From the NCBI RefSeq assembly GCF_006345805.1, contig NC_043024.1, forward strand, positions 9,858,001-9,922,000: DNA of 64,000 nt, in the 5' to 3' direction. The notes beneath the pieces are model-generated. The model saw only the letters and a program-made list of their open reading frames with translations, had not been told where the DNA came from and did not search any database. This document shows positions 37,807 through 50,174 of this stretch, piece by piece. This DNA is from Octopus sinensis. Lineage: Eukaryota. The stretch's first letter is position 1. The number at the start of each line of letters is the position of its first letter. The position numbers were made by a program, and so were the translations under genes.

Positions 37807-37914
37807 GAAGTTTTGAAGAATACAGCGAAGGTTCGGCGGGCGATTACGATTCTGTTTGCGAAGAGGCTGAGTTGGAACTTGACCAGGATGGCTTGGAATT
37901 AGCTGCTCAAGAAG
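37807..37914 (+). CDS. Candidate 108-nt phase 1-1 exon, GSFEEYSEGSAGDYDSVCEEAELELDQDGLELAAQE; acidic, product unknown
   Basis: Acceptor atttcctttctctcttcag, donor AAG|gtatta, strong G-first codon periodicity, symmetric length. Confidence 0.65.
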
Positions 37915-38227
37915 GTATTACCAGATATTCTTACTTCTAAACCGTTACTGGCGCCAGTCGTTGGACTACGCCCATACTGGAGCACTGCCTTCAAGGGTTT
38001 TTTTACACGATCGAGGCATGGTTCTTATTTCAGTTTAGTACTTATTTTATTGATCTCTGTTTGGCAGTGCACTAAGTCACTATTTTTTTTTTCTTTTACA
38101 TAAAAGGGATGCAACCCAACATCACCTTACACTGTTACACATATACATACATATACATACACACACAGACGTGTGCTCATGCATGCACACACACACATAC
38201 ACATACACGTATATGTATATATGTATA

Positions 38228-38465
38228 TCTATTATATAAAATCCGTTCTGTCTGTCTGTCTGTGTGTCTTCTAGGATCTCGGGCATCCTCCTTCTGATTG
38301 CGCTCAGATTTGATATGTAGATACTGACGGCATCAGGGTGTGTATAAGTCTTGAAAAAATTACCAAAATCGATTCCAGGTGAGAATGCGATCGATAAAGC
38401 CATGGGAACGTGCATTTGTATGCGCAAGTACATCAGCTGTTATGATCGCTTCAAAATGTGTCTTT
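38228..38465 (+). mobile_element. 5' fragment of Helitron-like element
   Basis: A|TCTATTATATAAAATCCGTT followed by (CTGT)n. Confidence 0.45.
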
Positions 38466-38469
38466 AAGC

Positions 38470-39260
38470 ATTTTCATGGTCCCTACTCTGATGAATTTTC
38501 TGGTCTTGTATCCTCTCTCGGCTCCTTTGTTTCATCCGCTTCTCTTCCCATGTTCATCGTTTCTCAGTTGAGTTTCCTGTTGGTCATAAATCCTGTTATT
38601 CCAATAACCTCTTTCCAAGAATTACTTCTCTTTGGAACTCATTACCATCATCTTGTTTTCAAAATCAGAATCAATTGTTGATATGATGGCTTTTCTTCTT
38701 CTGGGCTGGCGTCTTTGGCTCATCATCAAAATGTGTCTTCATAATTATTTCCATGGTCATTAATCTGATGAACTTTCTGGTCTTGTATCCTCTCTCAACG
38801 CTTAATTGTGTCATCAGCTTCTCTTCCCAGGTTCATTGTTTCACAGTTGAGTTTCCTGTTGGTCATACATCCTTTTATTCCAACAATTTCTTTCCAAGAA
38901 TTGCTGCTCTTTGGAACTCATTACCATCATCTTGTTTTCAAAATCAGAATCAGTTGTTAATAAGATGGGTTTTCTTTTTCTTCTGGGTTGGATTCTTTGG
39001 CCCATCATCAAAATGTATCTTCACTGTGCCTTTTCTTTAATTATTTCCATGGTCATTAATCTGATGAACTTTCTCGTCTTGTATCCTCTCTCAACACCTT
39101 TGTGTCATCAGCTTCTCTTCCCAGGTATCACCCATTTCCCTTCCCAGGTGCATCGTTTCTCTGTTGAGCTCCCTGTTAGTCACAAGTCCTGTTAGTCTAA
39201 TAGCTTCTTTCCTCAAACTGCTGCCCTTCAAAACTCACAGCCATCATCTTGTTTTCCCTC
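38470..39260 (+). mobile_element. Three tandem 3' fragments of a CR1/L2-group LINE
   Basis: SFYSNNFFPRIAALWNSLPSSCF matches the FFPRT..LWNSLP ORF2 C-terminal motif. Units start near 38476, 38752 and 39049. Confidence 0.7.
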
Positions 39261-39404
39261 TGATTTATAATACACAGACCTTTAACCCTTTCGTTGCTGT
39301 ATTTATTTTGAGATGTTCAGTGTTTCTTTCAATTACTTTAAATATAACAAAGAATTTAGTAAAATAACTTAGTTATCATTCAGCTAGTGTTAGGAACATA
39401 ACTT

Positions 39405-39785
39405 GTACCCGTGCTAGTAGGGTGCCAAGAGCACCATCCGAGCGTGATCGTTACCAGAGAAGCCAACCTGCTTCCGTGTTGGTGGCACGTAAAGGGCACC
39501 ATTCAGGCGTGATCGTTACCAGCGTCGCCTTACTGGCACCTGTACTGGTGGCACATGTAAAAAAGATTTGTGCGAGGTCGTTGCCACTACTGCCTGACTG
39601 GCCCCCGTGACAGTGGCACATAAAAAGCACCCGCTACACTCTCGGAGTGGTTGGTGTTAGGAAAGGCATCAAGCTATAGAAACTCTGCCGAATCAAGATT
39701 GGAGCCTGGTGCAGCTATCTGGTTCGTCAGCCCTCAGTCAAAATCGTCCAACCCATGCTATCATGGAAAGCGGACGTTAAACGAG
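39405..39785 (+). mobile_element. SINE-like family C, inserted after a truncated piggyBac-like MITE (39281-39405)
   Basis: Shared motifs. Confidence 0.8.
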
Positions 39786-39979
39786 ACAAACGAACATCTC
39801 TAATTAATCGAAGCCATTTTAACCCTGAATTGTTTTTCTTTCGAAACGAGTCAGTCAGGAATGCTGTTATTATAATCAATGCTGTGATTATAATTACATG
39901 AAACCACGAGCATCTCGTTAACGACACTGCAATCAGAAGCAAATTAATTATCTGTCAATATAGTATTGTTGATCACTCC

Positions 39980-40279
39980 TGCTTTAGTTTGTTACTAATG
40001 TGGTGTGTGTGTGTGTGTGTGTATGTGTGTGTGTGTGAGTGTATGTGTGTCTGTGAATGTGTATATGTGTGTGAGTGTGTATGTGTATGTGTGTGTGTGT
40101 ATGTGTGTGTGAGGGTGTGTGTGTAAGTGTATGTGTGTGTGTGTGTCTGTGAGTGTGTATATGTGTGAGTGGTGTGTGAGAGTGTGTGTATGAGTGTGTG
40201 TGTGTGAGTGTATGTGTGTCTGTGAGTGTGTATATGTGTGTGTGAGAGTGTGTGTGTATGTCTGTGTGTGTATGTGTGT

Positions 40280-40316
<37 letters not shown>
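39980..40316. repeat. (GT)n microsatellite
   Basis: Direct reading. Confidence 0.95.
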
Positions 40317-40317
<1 letters not shown>

Positions 40318-40469
40318 ATGGACTCTTCAGTTATGAATGACAGATGTGGATTCTGTAATCTCTTACTGAATAACCTGTACAGAAGATTTGCTTGGAGTGA
40401 TCGAATGGTGACACTGTACGTTAGATCAATCCATCCATCAAATTCTACAGGGGCACAAGTATATATGTA

Positions 40470-41158
40470 TATATCACCATGATCGACCAGGCTATCAGAT
40501 GTTGTTACACATCGCTGGTCACAATGTGCTTTGCATTGTTTTAGCCTTCAAATGACGCCACCCCCGTCTGGCTAAGTGAGCAGGCCAACAGAAGGAAGAT
40601 TGAGAGAAAGTTGTGGCGAAAGAGTACAGCAGGGTTCGCCACCACCACCCTGCCGGAGCCTCGTGGAGCTTTAGGTGTTTTCGCTCAATAAACACTCACA
40701 ACGCCCAGTCTGGGAATCGAAACCTGCAATCCTACAACCGTGAGTCCACTGCCCTAACCACTGGGCCATTGCACCTCCACATATGTATATATATGTGTGT
40801 GTGTGGTGTGTGTGTGTACGACGGGCTTCTTTTACTTTCTGTCTACCAAATCCACTCACAAGGCTTTGGTTGGCCCGAAGCTATAGTAGAAGACACTTGC
40901 CCAAGGTACCCACAGTGGGACTGAACCCGGATCCATGTGGTTGGTAAACAAGCTACTTACCACACAGCCACTATATATATATATATATATATACACTACA
41001 GGTTTCTTTCAGTTTCCATGTACCAGATCCACTCATAAGGTTTTGGTCGGCCCGAGGCTATAGTAGAAGACACTTGCCTAAGGTGCCACACAGTGGGACT
41101 GAACCTGGATCCATGTGGTTGGTAAGCAAGCTACTTACCACAAAGCCACTCCTACACC

Positions 41159-41160
<2 letters not shown>
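40470..41160 (-). mobile_element. SINE family D (40470-40780) and two family A heads
   Basis: Shared motifs. Confidence 0.85.
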
Positions 41161-41190
<30 letters not shown>

Positions 41191-41529
41191 TGTATCAAAT
41201 GAAATAAAATGAAAAACAGGACGCAAAGGATGTCGTGGTACATATGTTTCGGGCTTTATAGAACAACTAATTCTTACATCAATGCATAATCGATATAACA
41301 GATAGTTCAAGAGCCTTCTTCAGCTGCGTGCAATTGCTACACCAAAGACTTGTATCACATCATAAAAGGTTTGAGAAAGAACATTTGGTATTATTTATAA
41401 TGGTAGGTAAACAGTATCACTGGGAAAGTTTGTTTGTAAACCTTCATAATCGAATAGGTGTACAGGATATTATTAGACTCCAAAAATCCGTCCATAGCGT
41501 TTTCTCACTCAATATATATATATATATGT

Positions 41530-41835
41530 GGAGGCGCAATGGCCTAGTGGTTAGGGCAGCGGACTCGTGGTCGTAGGATCGCGGTTTCGATTCCCAGACC
41601 GGGTGTTGTGTGTGTTTATTGAGCGAAAACACCTAAAAGCTCCATGAGACTCCGGCAGGGGGTGGTGATCCCTGCTGTACTCTTTCACCACAACTTTCTC
41701 TCACTCTTTCTTCTGTTGGCCTGCTCGCTTAGCCAGCGGGGTGGTGTCATTCGAAGGCTAAAACAGTGCGAACGCATTGTGACCAGCGATGTGTAGCAAC
41801 ATCTGATGGTCTGGTCGGTCACGTGATCACGTGAT
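41530..41835 (+). mobile_element. SINE family D
   Basis: As at 36205. Confidence 0.85.
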
Positions 41836-41898
41836 ATATATATATATATAGTTCCGTTTCAAATTGAGTCTCTTGAAAACATTGCTTTGTTTACTCAG

Positions 41899-41942
41899 TC
41901 ACACATCCACGTGGTGAAGTTGAGGACTCCATCAGTTTAAAT
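41899..41942 (+). CDS. Weak exon candidate, xTHPRGEVEDSISLN (or 15 nt using the gtgaag donor)
   Basis: Acceptor cattgctttgtttactcag. Donors GTG|gtgaag or AAT|gtaaag. Confidence 0.25.
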
Positions 41943-42171
41943 GTAAAGAATTAATAGGTCACTGACAGCTGTTTATATCCGACACAAATTGCCATTAGAG
42001 TAAGGAAGGTGGGGGTGGTGGCGGCGGTATCGAACACACGTTTCTGACCCTGTTTTATATATGGGAATAATGATTGATAGAGGGGATCAAACTAGTTCAA
42101 TCAATAAAGAACTTGTAAAGATTGAAGAAAATGGAACAGAAGGGATTTAAGTGTTTCACAGTTACATTGAT

Positions 42172-42256
42172 TAATGTCTGTTTGTCTGTCTATCTATCTG
42201 TTTCTCTCTCTCTCTCTCTTTCCCTCTATCTATCTATCAATCTCTCTCTCTCTCCC

Positions 42257-42318
<62 letters not shown>

Positions 42319-42756
42319 AATCTCTCTCTCTCTCCCTCTATCTATCTATCTATATCTATCTATCTATCTATCTATCTATCAATTTCTCTCTCTCTCTCCC
42401 TCTATCTATCTATCTATATCTATCTATCTATCTCTCTCTCTCTCTCTTTCCCTCTATCTATCTATCAATCTCTCTCTCTCTCCCTCTATCTATCTATCTA
42501 TATCTATCTATCTATCTATCTATCAATTTCTCTCTCTCTCTCCCTCTATCTATCTATCTATATCTATCTATCTATCTATCTATCTCTCTCTCTCTCTCTT
42601 TCCCTCTATCTATCTATCAATCTCTCTCTCTCTCCCTCTATCTATCTATCTATATCTATCTATCTATCTATCTATCAATTTCTCTCTCTCTCTCCCTCTA
42701 TCTATCTATCTATATCTATCTATCTATCTATCTATCTCTCTCTCTCTCTCTTTCCC

Positions 42757-42791
<35 letters not shown>

Positions 42792-42903
42792 ATCTATCTG
42801 CCTCTCTGTCTCTCTATGTATGTATGTATCTATCTATCTATTTGTCTATCTATCTCTCTAGTCATCTGTCTGTCTATTTGTCTGTCTATCTATCCATCTA
42901 TCC

Positions 42904-42957
<54 letters not shown>

Positions 42958-42960
42958 ATA
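42172..42960. repeat. (CTAT)n/(CT)n compound microsatellite with higher-order units
   Basis: Direct reading. Confidence 0.95.
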
Positions 42961-42979
42961 TATATATATATATATAGAT

Positions 42980-43310
42980 ACTCTACTCTTTTACTTGTTT
43001 CAGTCATTTGACTGTGGCTATGCTGGAGCACTGCCTTTAGTCGAGCAAATCAACCCCAGGACTTATTCTTTGTAAGAATAGTACTTATTCTATCGGTCTC
43101 TTTTGCCGAACCGCTAAGTGACATGGACATAAATACACCAGCATCGGTTGTCAAGCAATGCTAGGGGGACAAACACAGACACACAAACACACACACATAC
43201 ATATATACATATATACGACAGGCTTCTTTCAGTTTCCGTCTACCAAATCCACTCACAAGGCATTGGTCGGTAAGCAAGTGGTTGGTAAGGAAGTTACTTA
43301 CCACACAGCC
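42980..43310 (-). mobile_element. SINE family A with head deletion
   Basis: Shared motifs. Confidence 0.85.
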
Positions 43311-43761
43311 ACTCAACCATTGTTGTGGATTATGAGAGATAATAGAGGCAGGATAGGGTTTTGAGAGACGGTGTGTAGATCAATATTTGCGATGTAACAA
43401 TAGGAAGCAGGGGAGAAAAACGGCAAAGTCCTTATCTGGAGGCCAACGTGGGTGAGGATTTGTAGTGGTTGGTCACGTGAAAATCCAACAAGTGCGGCTG
43501 TTTTGGCTGGGCGTCTCTTCCGCATTGCCAACCCCCACTCTGCGACCGGTAAAGACAGTCGCAGACAATGTTGAAATCTCTGAGCTCAGAGTCAACATTT
43601 ACCAAAAATAAATATATAAATAAATAGATAGATAAATGGAAAAAGAGTAAAAAAGAAGAAATATAAGAAAAAAATATATATTTAAGAATGTTGAATGACA
43701 CAATGATATTTTCAATTGTAGACAAACAGGTTGTAGGAACAGTTACAGTGGACCTGACAGT

Positions 43762-44160
43762 ATGGTGTGGTGTGTGTGTGTGTGTGTGTGTGCGTGTGTG
43801 TGCGTGTGTGTGTGTGCATGTGTGTGTGCGTGTGCGCGTTTAGGTGTGTGTGCGCGTTTGTGCGTGTGTATGTGTGCATGTGTTTGTATGTGTGTGTGTG
43901 TGCATGTGTGTATATATGTGTGCGTGTGTGTGTGCTCGCGTGTGTGTGTGTGTGAGTGCATGTGTATGTGTGTGCATGTATGTGTGCATGTGTGTGTGTC
44001 TGCATGTGTATGTATGCGTGTGTGTATGTGTATGTGTGCATGTGTGTGTGTACGTGTGCATGTGTGTGTGCGTGGGCATGTTTTTTGTGTGCATGTGTGT
44101 GTGCGTGTGTATGTATATGTTTTCGTGTGTATGTATGTGTTTGTGTGTGTGTGTGTGTGT
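43762..44160. repeat. (GT)n/(GTGC)n microsatellite
   Basis: Direct reading. Confidence 0.95.
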
Positions 44161-44420
44161 AAAGGAAGATTATGTGAGTAACAAAGGCGGGACAGGGTGG
44201 GCGGGTGTAAGAATTCAGCTCCACTCAATGTTGGTCGCTGGTCTGAGGTGCCCCCCCCCCGTGTGGTAGGGAGAGAGAGAGTGAGATAGAGAGGGGGGGC
44301 GGCGGCGTTTCTAAAACCAACTTGAAAAGAGGAAACATTGTTTGCCTTCAGTGGCAACAATGAGTTTTGTGTGTCTTGTTCACTTTTTTGTAAATAAATC
44401 TCTGTGGCTTGTTGCAACAG

Positions 44421-44446
44421 GAGGGAAAAGAACGGCGACTGGTTTG
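44421..44446 (+). CDS. Candidate 26-nt exon, or 3' end of an alternative first exon; all three frames open
   Basis: tggcttgttgcaacag|GAGGGAAAAGAACGGCGACTGGTTTG|gtgaga in a GC-box-rich island. Confidence 0.35.
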
Positions 44447-44619
44447 GTGAGAATTCTGACCCCCCCCCCTATTATCCCCCCCACCCCCCATCACGTCTGC
44501 TTTTCTTTATTTAGCGGTTTACTCATTGGCGCAGCAGCAGACGCAGGCACAGCGACGGCTGTGCGGTTAAGAAGTCTGTTTTTGCAACCACAGGGTCTTG
44601 AGTTCAATTGCCCTGCACA

Positions 44620-45210
44620 TTAGGAGTGGCTGTGTGGTAAGTGGCTTGCTAACCAACCACATGGTTCCGGGTTCAGTCCCACTGCGTGGCATCTTGGGCA
44701 AGTGTCTTCTGCTATAGCCCCGGGCCGACCAATGCCTTGTGAGTGGATTTGGTTGACGGAAACTGAAAGAAGCCTGTCGTATATATGTATATATATAAGT
44801 GCAGGAGTGGCTGTGTGGTAAGTAGCTTGTTTACCAACCACATGGTTCCGGGTTCAGTCCCACTGCGTGGCATCTTGGGCAAGTGTCTTCTGCTATAGCC
44901 CCGGGCCGACCAAAGCCTTGTGAGTGGATTTGGTAGACGGAAACTGAAAGAAGCCCGTCGTACATATGTATATATATATATGTGTGTGTGTGCGTGTATG
45001 TTTGTGTGTCTGTATTTGTCCCCCTAGCATTGTTTGACAACCGATACTGGTGTGTTTACATCCCCGTCACTTAGCGGTTTGGCAAAAAGAGACCGATAGA
45101 ATAAGTACTGGGCTTACAAAGAATATGTCCCGGGGTCAATTTGCTCGACTAAAGGCGGTACTCCAGCATGGCCGCAGTCAAATGGCTGAAACAAGTAAAA
45201 GAGTAAAAGA
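44620..45210 (+). mobile_element. SINE family A with two heads
   Basis: Shared motifs. Confidence 0.9.
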
Positions 45211-45269
45211 GAGAGAGAGAGAGAGTATTATCTTGGGCAAATGTCAGGTTCATTGATGTCATCGTCGTC

Positions 45270-45970
45270 ATCATCATCGTCATCGTTTAGCATCCGCTTT
45301 CCATGCTAGCATGGGTTAGATGGTTTGACTGGGGTCTGGGAAGCCAGGAGGCTGCACCAGGCTCCAGTCTGATCTGGCAATGTTTCTACAGCTGGATGCC
45401 CTTCCTAACGCCTAAAGCATCATCATCATCATCACCAACCTCACCACCACTACCATCATCATCATCATTATTGCCATAACCACCACGTATATATATATAT
45501 GTATGTATAGGCGCGGGCATGGCTGTGTGGTTAGGGAGCTTGCTTCCTAGCTACATGGTTTTGGGTTCAGTCCCACTGCGTGGAACTTTAGGTAGGTGTC
45601 TTCCACTATAGCCCCGAGCCAACTGAAGCTTTGTGATTGAATTCGGTAGGTGGAAGTTACTCCTGTGTGTGTATGTGTGCGTGTAGGTGCTCAGTGCCTC
45701 TCCGAAAGAGAGAGAGGGATATATCATCATCATCATTTAGCGTCCGCTTTCCATGCTAGCGTGGGTTGGACGGTTCGACTGGGGTCTGGGAAGCCAGGAG
45801 GTTGCACCAGGCTCCAGACTGATCTGGCAATGTTTCTACAGCTGGATGCCCTTCCTAACGCCAACCACTCCGTGAGTGTAGTGGGTGCTTTTTATGTGCC
45901 ACCAGCACAGGTGCCAGAGGAGGCTGGCAAACAGCCACAATCGGTTGGTGCTTTTACGTGTCACCGACAC
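45270..45970. mobile_element. Two family C fragments (minus) flanking a degenerate family A head
   Basis: Shared motifs. Confidence 0.8.
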
Positions 45971-46269
45971 AGTAGATGAAATTTGGTTATGTGGAAACCA
46001 AGTGCAATGCCAGCAGACTTTATTAATTGCCAAATTTAATTCTTTAGTTTCTGTATTTCTATTGAAATGTCCTGCCTTTGTTGCCGCTAATTTCGAAAAT
46101 AATGAAGAATTTAGTAAAAATTTTTTGTCATTATTAAGCAGGAACATAAATTAACATAAATTAACGTAAATTAACGTAAATTAACATGGAATTTTGATGG
46201 AAGGTTTTTATTTAGGTCATTTTAAAACATGAGGTTTGTATCGTAGAAGCAAGAATGGTCTCAGATGAA

Positions 46270-46690
46270 GGCCTGGAGCTGACAGAAACGTTAGCACGCC
46301 GGGCGAAATGCTTAGCGGTATTTTGTCTACCGTTACGTTCTGAGTTCAAATTCCGCCGAGTCGACTTTGCCTTTCATCCTTTCGGGGTCGATTAAATAAG
46401 TACCAGTTACGCACTGGGGTCAATATAATCAACTTAATCCGTTTGTCTATCCTTGTTTGTCCCCTCTGTGTTTAGCCCCTTGTGGGTAGTAAAGAAATAG
46501 GTATTTCGTCTGCCGTTACGTTCTGAGTTCAAATTCGGCCGAGGTCGACTTTGCCTTTCATCCTTTCGGCGTCGATTAAATAAGTACCAGTTACGCAATG
46601 GGGTCAATATAATCAACTTAATCCGTTTGTCTGTCTTTGTTTGTCCCCTCTATGTTTAGCCCCTTGTGGGCAGTAAAGAAACAAAAAGCA
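46270..46690 (+). mobile_element. SINE family B with two tandem bodies
   Basis: Shared motifs. Confidence 0.85.
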
Positions 46691-47069
46691 AGAATGGTCT
46701 CATGGGTTGGTATCAAAAGGGTTGAGACAAACAAAATGGAAAGATCTGGAAGCTAAATCATATGACTATTGAAATAGACTGCCTTTGTGGTGATTAATTT
46801 TCAAAATAACAAAGAATTTAGTAAAATAACTTTATTATTGCAGCGTGGAAGGTGTTTATAAGCCATTTAAGAAACACACAAAAACTGTTTGATTCAGCCA
46901 AAATATTTTCATCATTTTGTGACCACAACCTGTTTATTGAATTCTGTCAGCACGGAATTTTGTCAGTGAACAGGTTGCAGTCTCAAAGCGATGAAAATAT
47001 TTTGACAAATTAAATTTAAATGTTGAAGTGAATCTAACGGTTTTTGTGTGTTTCTTAAATGGCTTGTAA

Positions 47070-47290
47070 CCCTTTCGTTACCGTATTCATTTTGAGATGC
47101 TTAGTGTTTCTGTCAATTACTTTAAATATAACAAAGAATTTAGTAAAATAACTTAGTTATCGTTAAGCTAGTGTTAGAAACATAAACTGTGACTAAGGTT
47201 TGGTGGAAGATTTTAATTCAGAACTTTTGAAAACAAGACATTTGTACTACAGAGCCAGAGCCGGTTTTGGCCGGGTTGGTAACGAAAGGG
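47070..47290. mobile_element. piggyBac-like MITE nested in another repeat (46840-47370)
   Basis: CCCTTTCGTTACC...GGTAACGAAAGGG termini. The uninterrupted host copy is at 37000-37190. Confidence 0.8.
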
Positions 47291-48418
47291 ATAAACATCT
47301 TCCACGCTGCAATTGTTTTCATTCCAGCACACAGTCTCAGATCAGGTCACTTGCTATGCAAGTACATCTCCGTAAAACTTTATTTTTATTAACCTGGTAA
47401 TTGGAACAAAAATTAGCAGGAAATTTGGATGGAAGGATTTAATTTAGATCAGTTTAAGGTAAGAAGATTTTATCATAGAACCAGAGTTGATCTCAGGTAG
47501 GTTGGCATTAAAAGAATTCAGACAGGTGTTATAGAAAGATCTGCAAGGTAAATGACTAGGATATTTCTGTTGAAAATACTTGCTCAAGATGCGATGCAGT
47601 TAAATCTTAAATTTTTATTGTTTTCACTTCTCCAGCTCATTATCATAAACATCGTTAATATAATTGAAACATTGTTATAAAGACGTAATAACAGATTTAT
47701 GCACCAAAATAAATAAATAAAATAGATACAAAAAAATTTCTGAAAACTTTATTAAAAATAAAATTTCCGTGGTTCCATTAATCTGCTATTAATTTAGAAA
47801 GTACATTTGCCGGACAACATCACCACAACATTAACTAATTAACTAAATAAATTAATTAATTAAGTAATTAATTAATAAATTAATTAATATTTTCAAACTA
47901 ATGAATCGCCATACCTTTTCCTTGCGTTTGTAAAAAATTTTTGTTTTAAAAACCCTCAAAAACCTTTTAAAACGATTTTGTTAATTGCTGACATTATTAA
48001 AATAATTATTACTTCAGGAGTGGGGGACACTTCCTTAAAAACTGACCCCTTTTCTCTCTCTCTCTCACTCTTTCTCTCTTTCTGTCTGAATGTCTCTCTC
48101 TCTCTCTCTCTGTCTACCTACCTACCTCTTTCTCCTTCTCTCCCTCTTTTCTCTCCTCTTCCTTCTTCTCTCCCTCCTTTCTCTCTCTCTCTCTCTCTCT
48201 GTCTACCTACCTACCTCTTTCTCCTTCTCTCCCTCTTTTCTCTCCTCTTCCTTCTTCTCTCCCTCCTTTCTCTCTCTTCTTCCTCTTTCTGTCTCCCCTT
48301 TCTCACTTCCTCCTCCTCTCCTCCCCCATCCCTACCTCCTCTCCTCCCCCCTATTCCTCCTTCCTTTCTCTCTCTCCTCCTCCTCCTCTCACCAAACTAG
48401 TAATTGTTATATTTTCAG

Positions 48419-48442
48419 GAGTTTTCTTTGAAAAATATCCAA
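48419..48442 (+). CDS. 24-nt microexon A (GVFFEKYP in phase 1, or EFSLKNIQ in phase 0)
   Basis: ttatattttcag acceptor, CAA|gtgagt donor, about 378-nt AG-free upstream tract, and a paralog at 52859. Confidence 0.6.
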
Positions 48443-48949
48443 GTGAGTAAATGTTTATCTGTGTCCTCTTCCTGCTGCCGCTCTTGTTACTAATATTGCC
48501 ACCATGGGGCTCCCTGACAGAAAAGGGGTGGGTGGAAGGGGAGGGGGAAAGCCTTACTGATTGCTGTCGATGCTGCTATTGCTGCTGTTGCTTCCATGGG
48601 ACCTAGAGATGGGGGGGGCATATGGGTGGGCGGGGCAGTTATTGTTGCCAATAGCAACAACAATGGACTGACTTAAGTTTGGAGTCTGAGTGGGGGGAGG
48701 GGAGTAGGGCCACTGATGACGATGATGTTGAATATGATAATGATGGTGATGACAGCAAGGATGTTGAATATGACGGTGATGATGATGATGATGATGATGA
48801 CAGTGATGATGTTGAATATGATGATGATAGGCCACAGCTCTAGTATTGTGGTCATGTGATGAGAATGGTCGCAGAAAAGAATCACAAGATGGAATTCTTG
48901 AAGCCGAAGGAAACCATCAGGAGAGATCCGGAGATTGACCATGGAGCGA

Positions 48950-49440
48950 GATCAGAGTGGTTTGCGTTAGGAAGGGCATCCAACTATAGAAACTCTGCCA
49001 GATCAGATCGGAGCCTGGTGCAGTCTTCTGGCTCACCAGTCCTCAGTCGAACCGTCCAACCCATGCCAGCATGGAAAATGGACGTTAAAGGATGATGATG
49101 ATGAAATTAAATATGTAAACAACAAGAAAATAATGGAAAACAGGACAAGTAAACACAGAGAAAGGACCCTTCATCAGTTGTCGGCTGTTTATCTTCTCCT
49201 CATTGTATATATTTCTTTACTGCCCTCAAGGGGCTAAACACAGAGGGGACAAACAAGGACAGACAAAGGGATTAAGTCGATTACACCGACCCCAGTGCGA
49301 AACTGGTACTTTATTTATCTACCCCGAAAGGATGAAAAGCAAAGTCGACCTCGGCAGAATTTGAACTCAGAATGTAGCAGCAGACGAAATATTGCTAAGC
49401 ATTTCGCCCGGTGTGCTAACAATTCTGCCAGCTCACCCCG
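48950..49440. mobile_element. Family C tail (+) and family B SINE (-)
   Basis: Shared motifs. Confidence 0.75.
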
Positions 49441-49809
49441 CTTTCTACTCCTCATTGTATATGTAAATGAATATATATATAACTGGTTACTTCTAAGAGA
49501 AGATGCTTCACCATTCATGTTAGGTGAATGAAGCTTTATCTTACCCTTGACCAGGAGGAGTTGGTGTCATTAGATGATGACCAATGGTCATCGGGTGGGG
49601 TTTAATCCTAAACCCTAACACCTTCCCATTCGTGGGTCAGCAATGATGGCCAAATCACTGCTCATCATCTAGCTTCCAGTGTAGCTTTCCCCCCGTCTCT
49701 CTCTTTCTCTTTTACTCTATAACTGTTAAGAAACCCTTTCTGTGGCCTCTCTCATCTTGCACTCAGCTGCCTTCCTCTTTCTTCTTTTCATTCTAATATC
49801 TCTGATGAC

Positions 49810-49983
49810 TCTTTTACTTGTTTCAGTCATTTGACTGTGGCCATGCTGGAGCACCGCCTTTAGTCGAGCAAATCTTTGTAAGCCTAGTACTCATTCTATC
49901 AGTATCTTTTGCCGAACCGCCAAGTTACAGGGACATAAACACACCAGCATCGGTTGTCAAGCGATGCTGGGGGGTGGGGACAA

Positions 49984-50014
<31 letters not shown>

Positions 50015-50170
50015 CATATATACAACGGGCTTCTTTCAGTTTCCATCTACTAAATCCACTCACAAGGCTTTAGTCGGCCCGAGGCTATAGTAGAAGACGC
50101 TTGCCCATGGTGCCATGCAGTGGGACTGAACCCGGAACCATGTGGTTCATAAGCAAGCTACTTATCACGC
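49810..50170 (-). mobile_element. SINE family A
   Basis: Shared motifs. Confidence 0.85.
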
Positions 50171-50174
50171 AGCC

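Noticed and set aside
48504-48610. Kozak-initiated Cys-rich mini-ORF MGLPDRK...CCRCCYCCCCFHGT
   Set aside because: The Cys run comes from a TGC repeat and the paralogous ORF after microexon B is unrelated.
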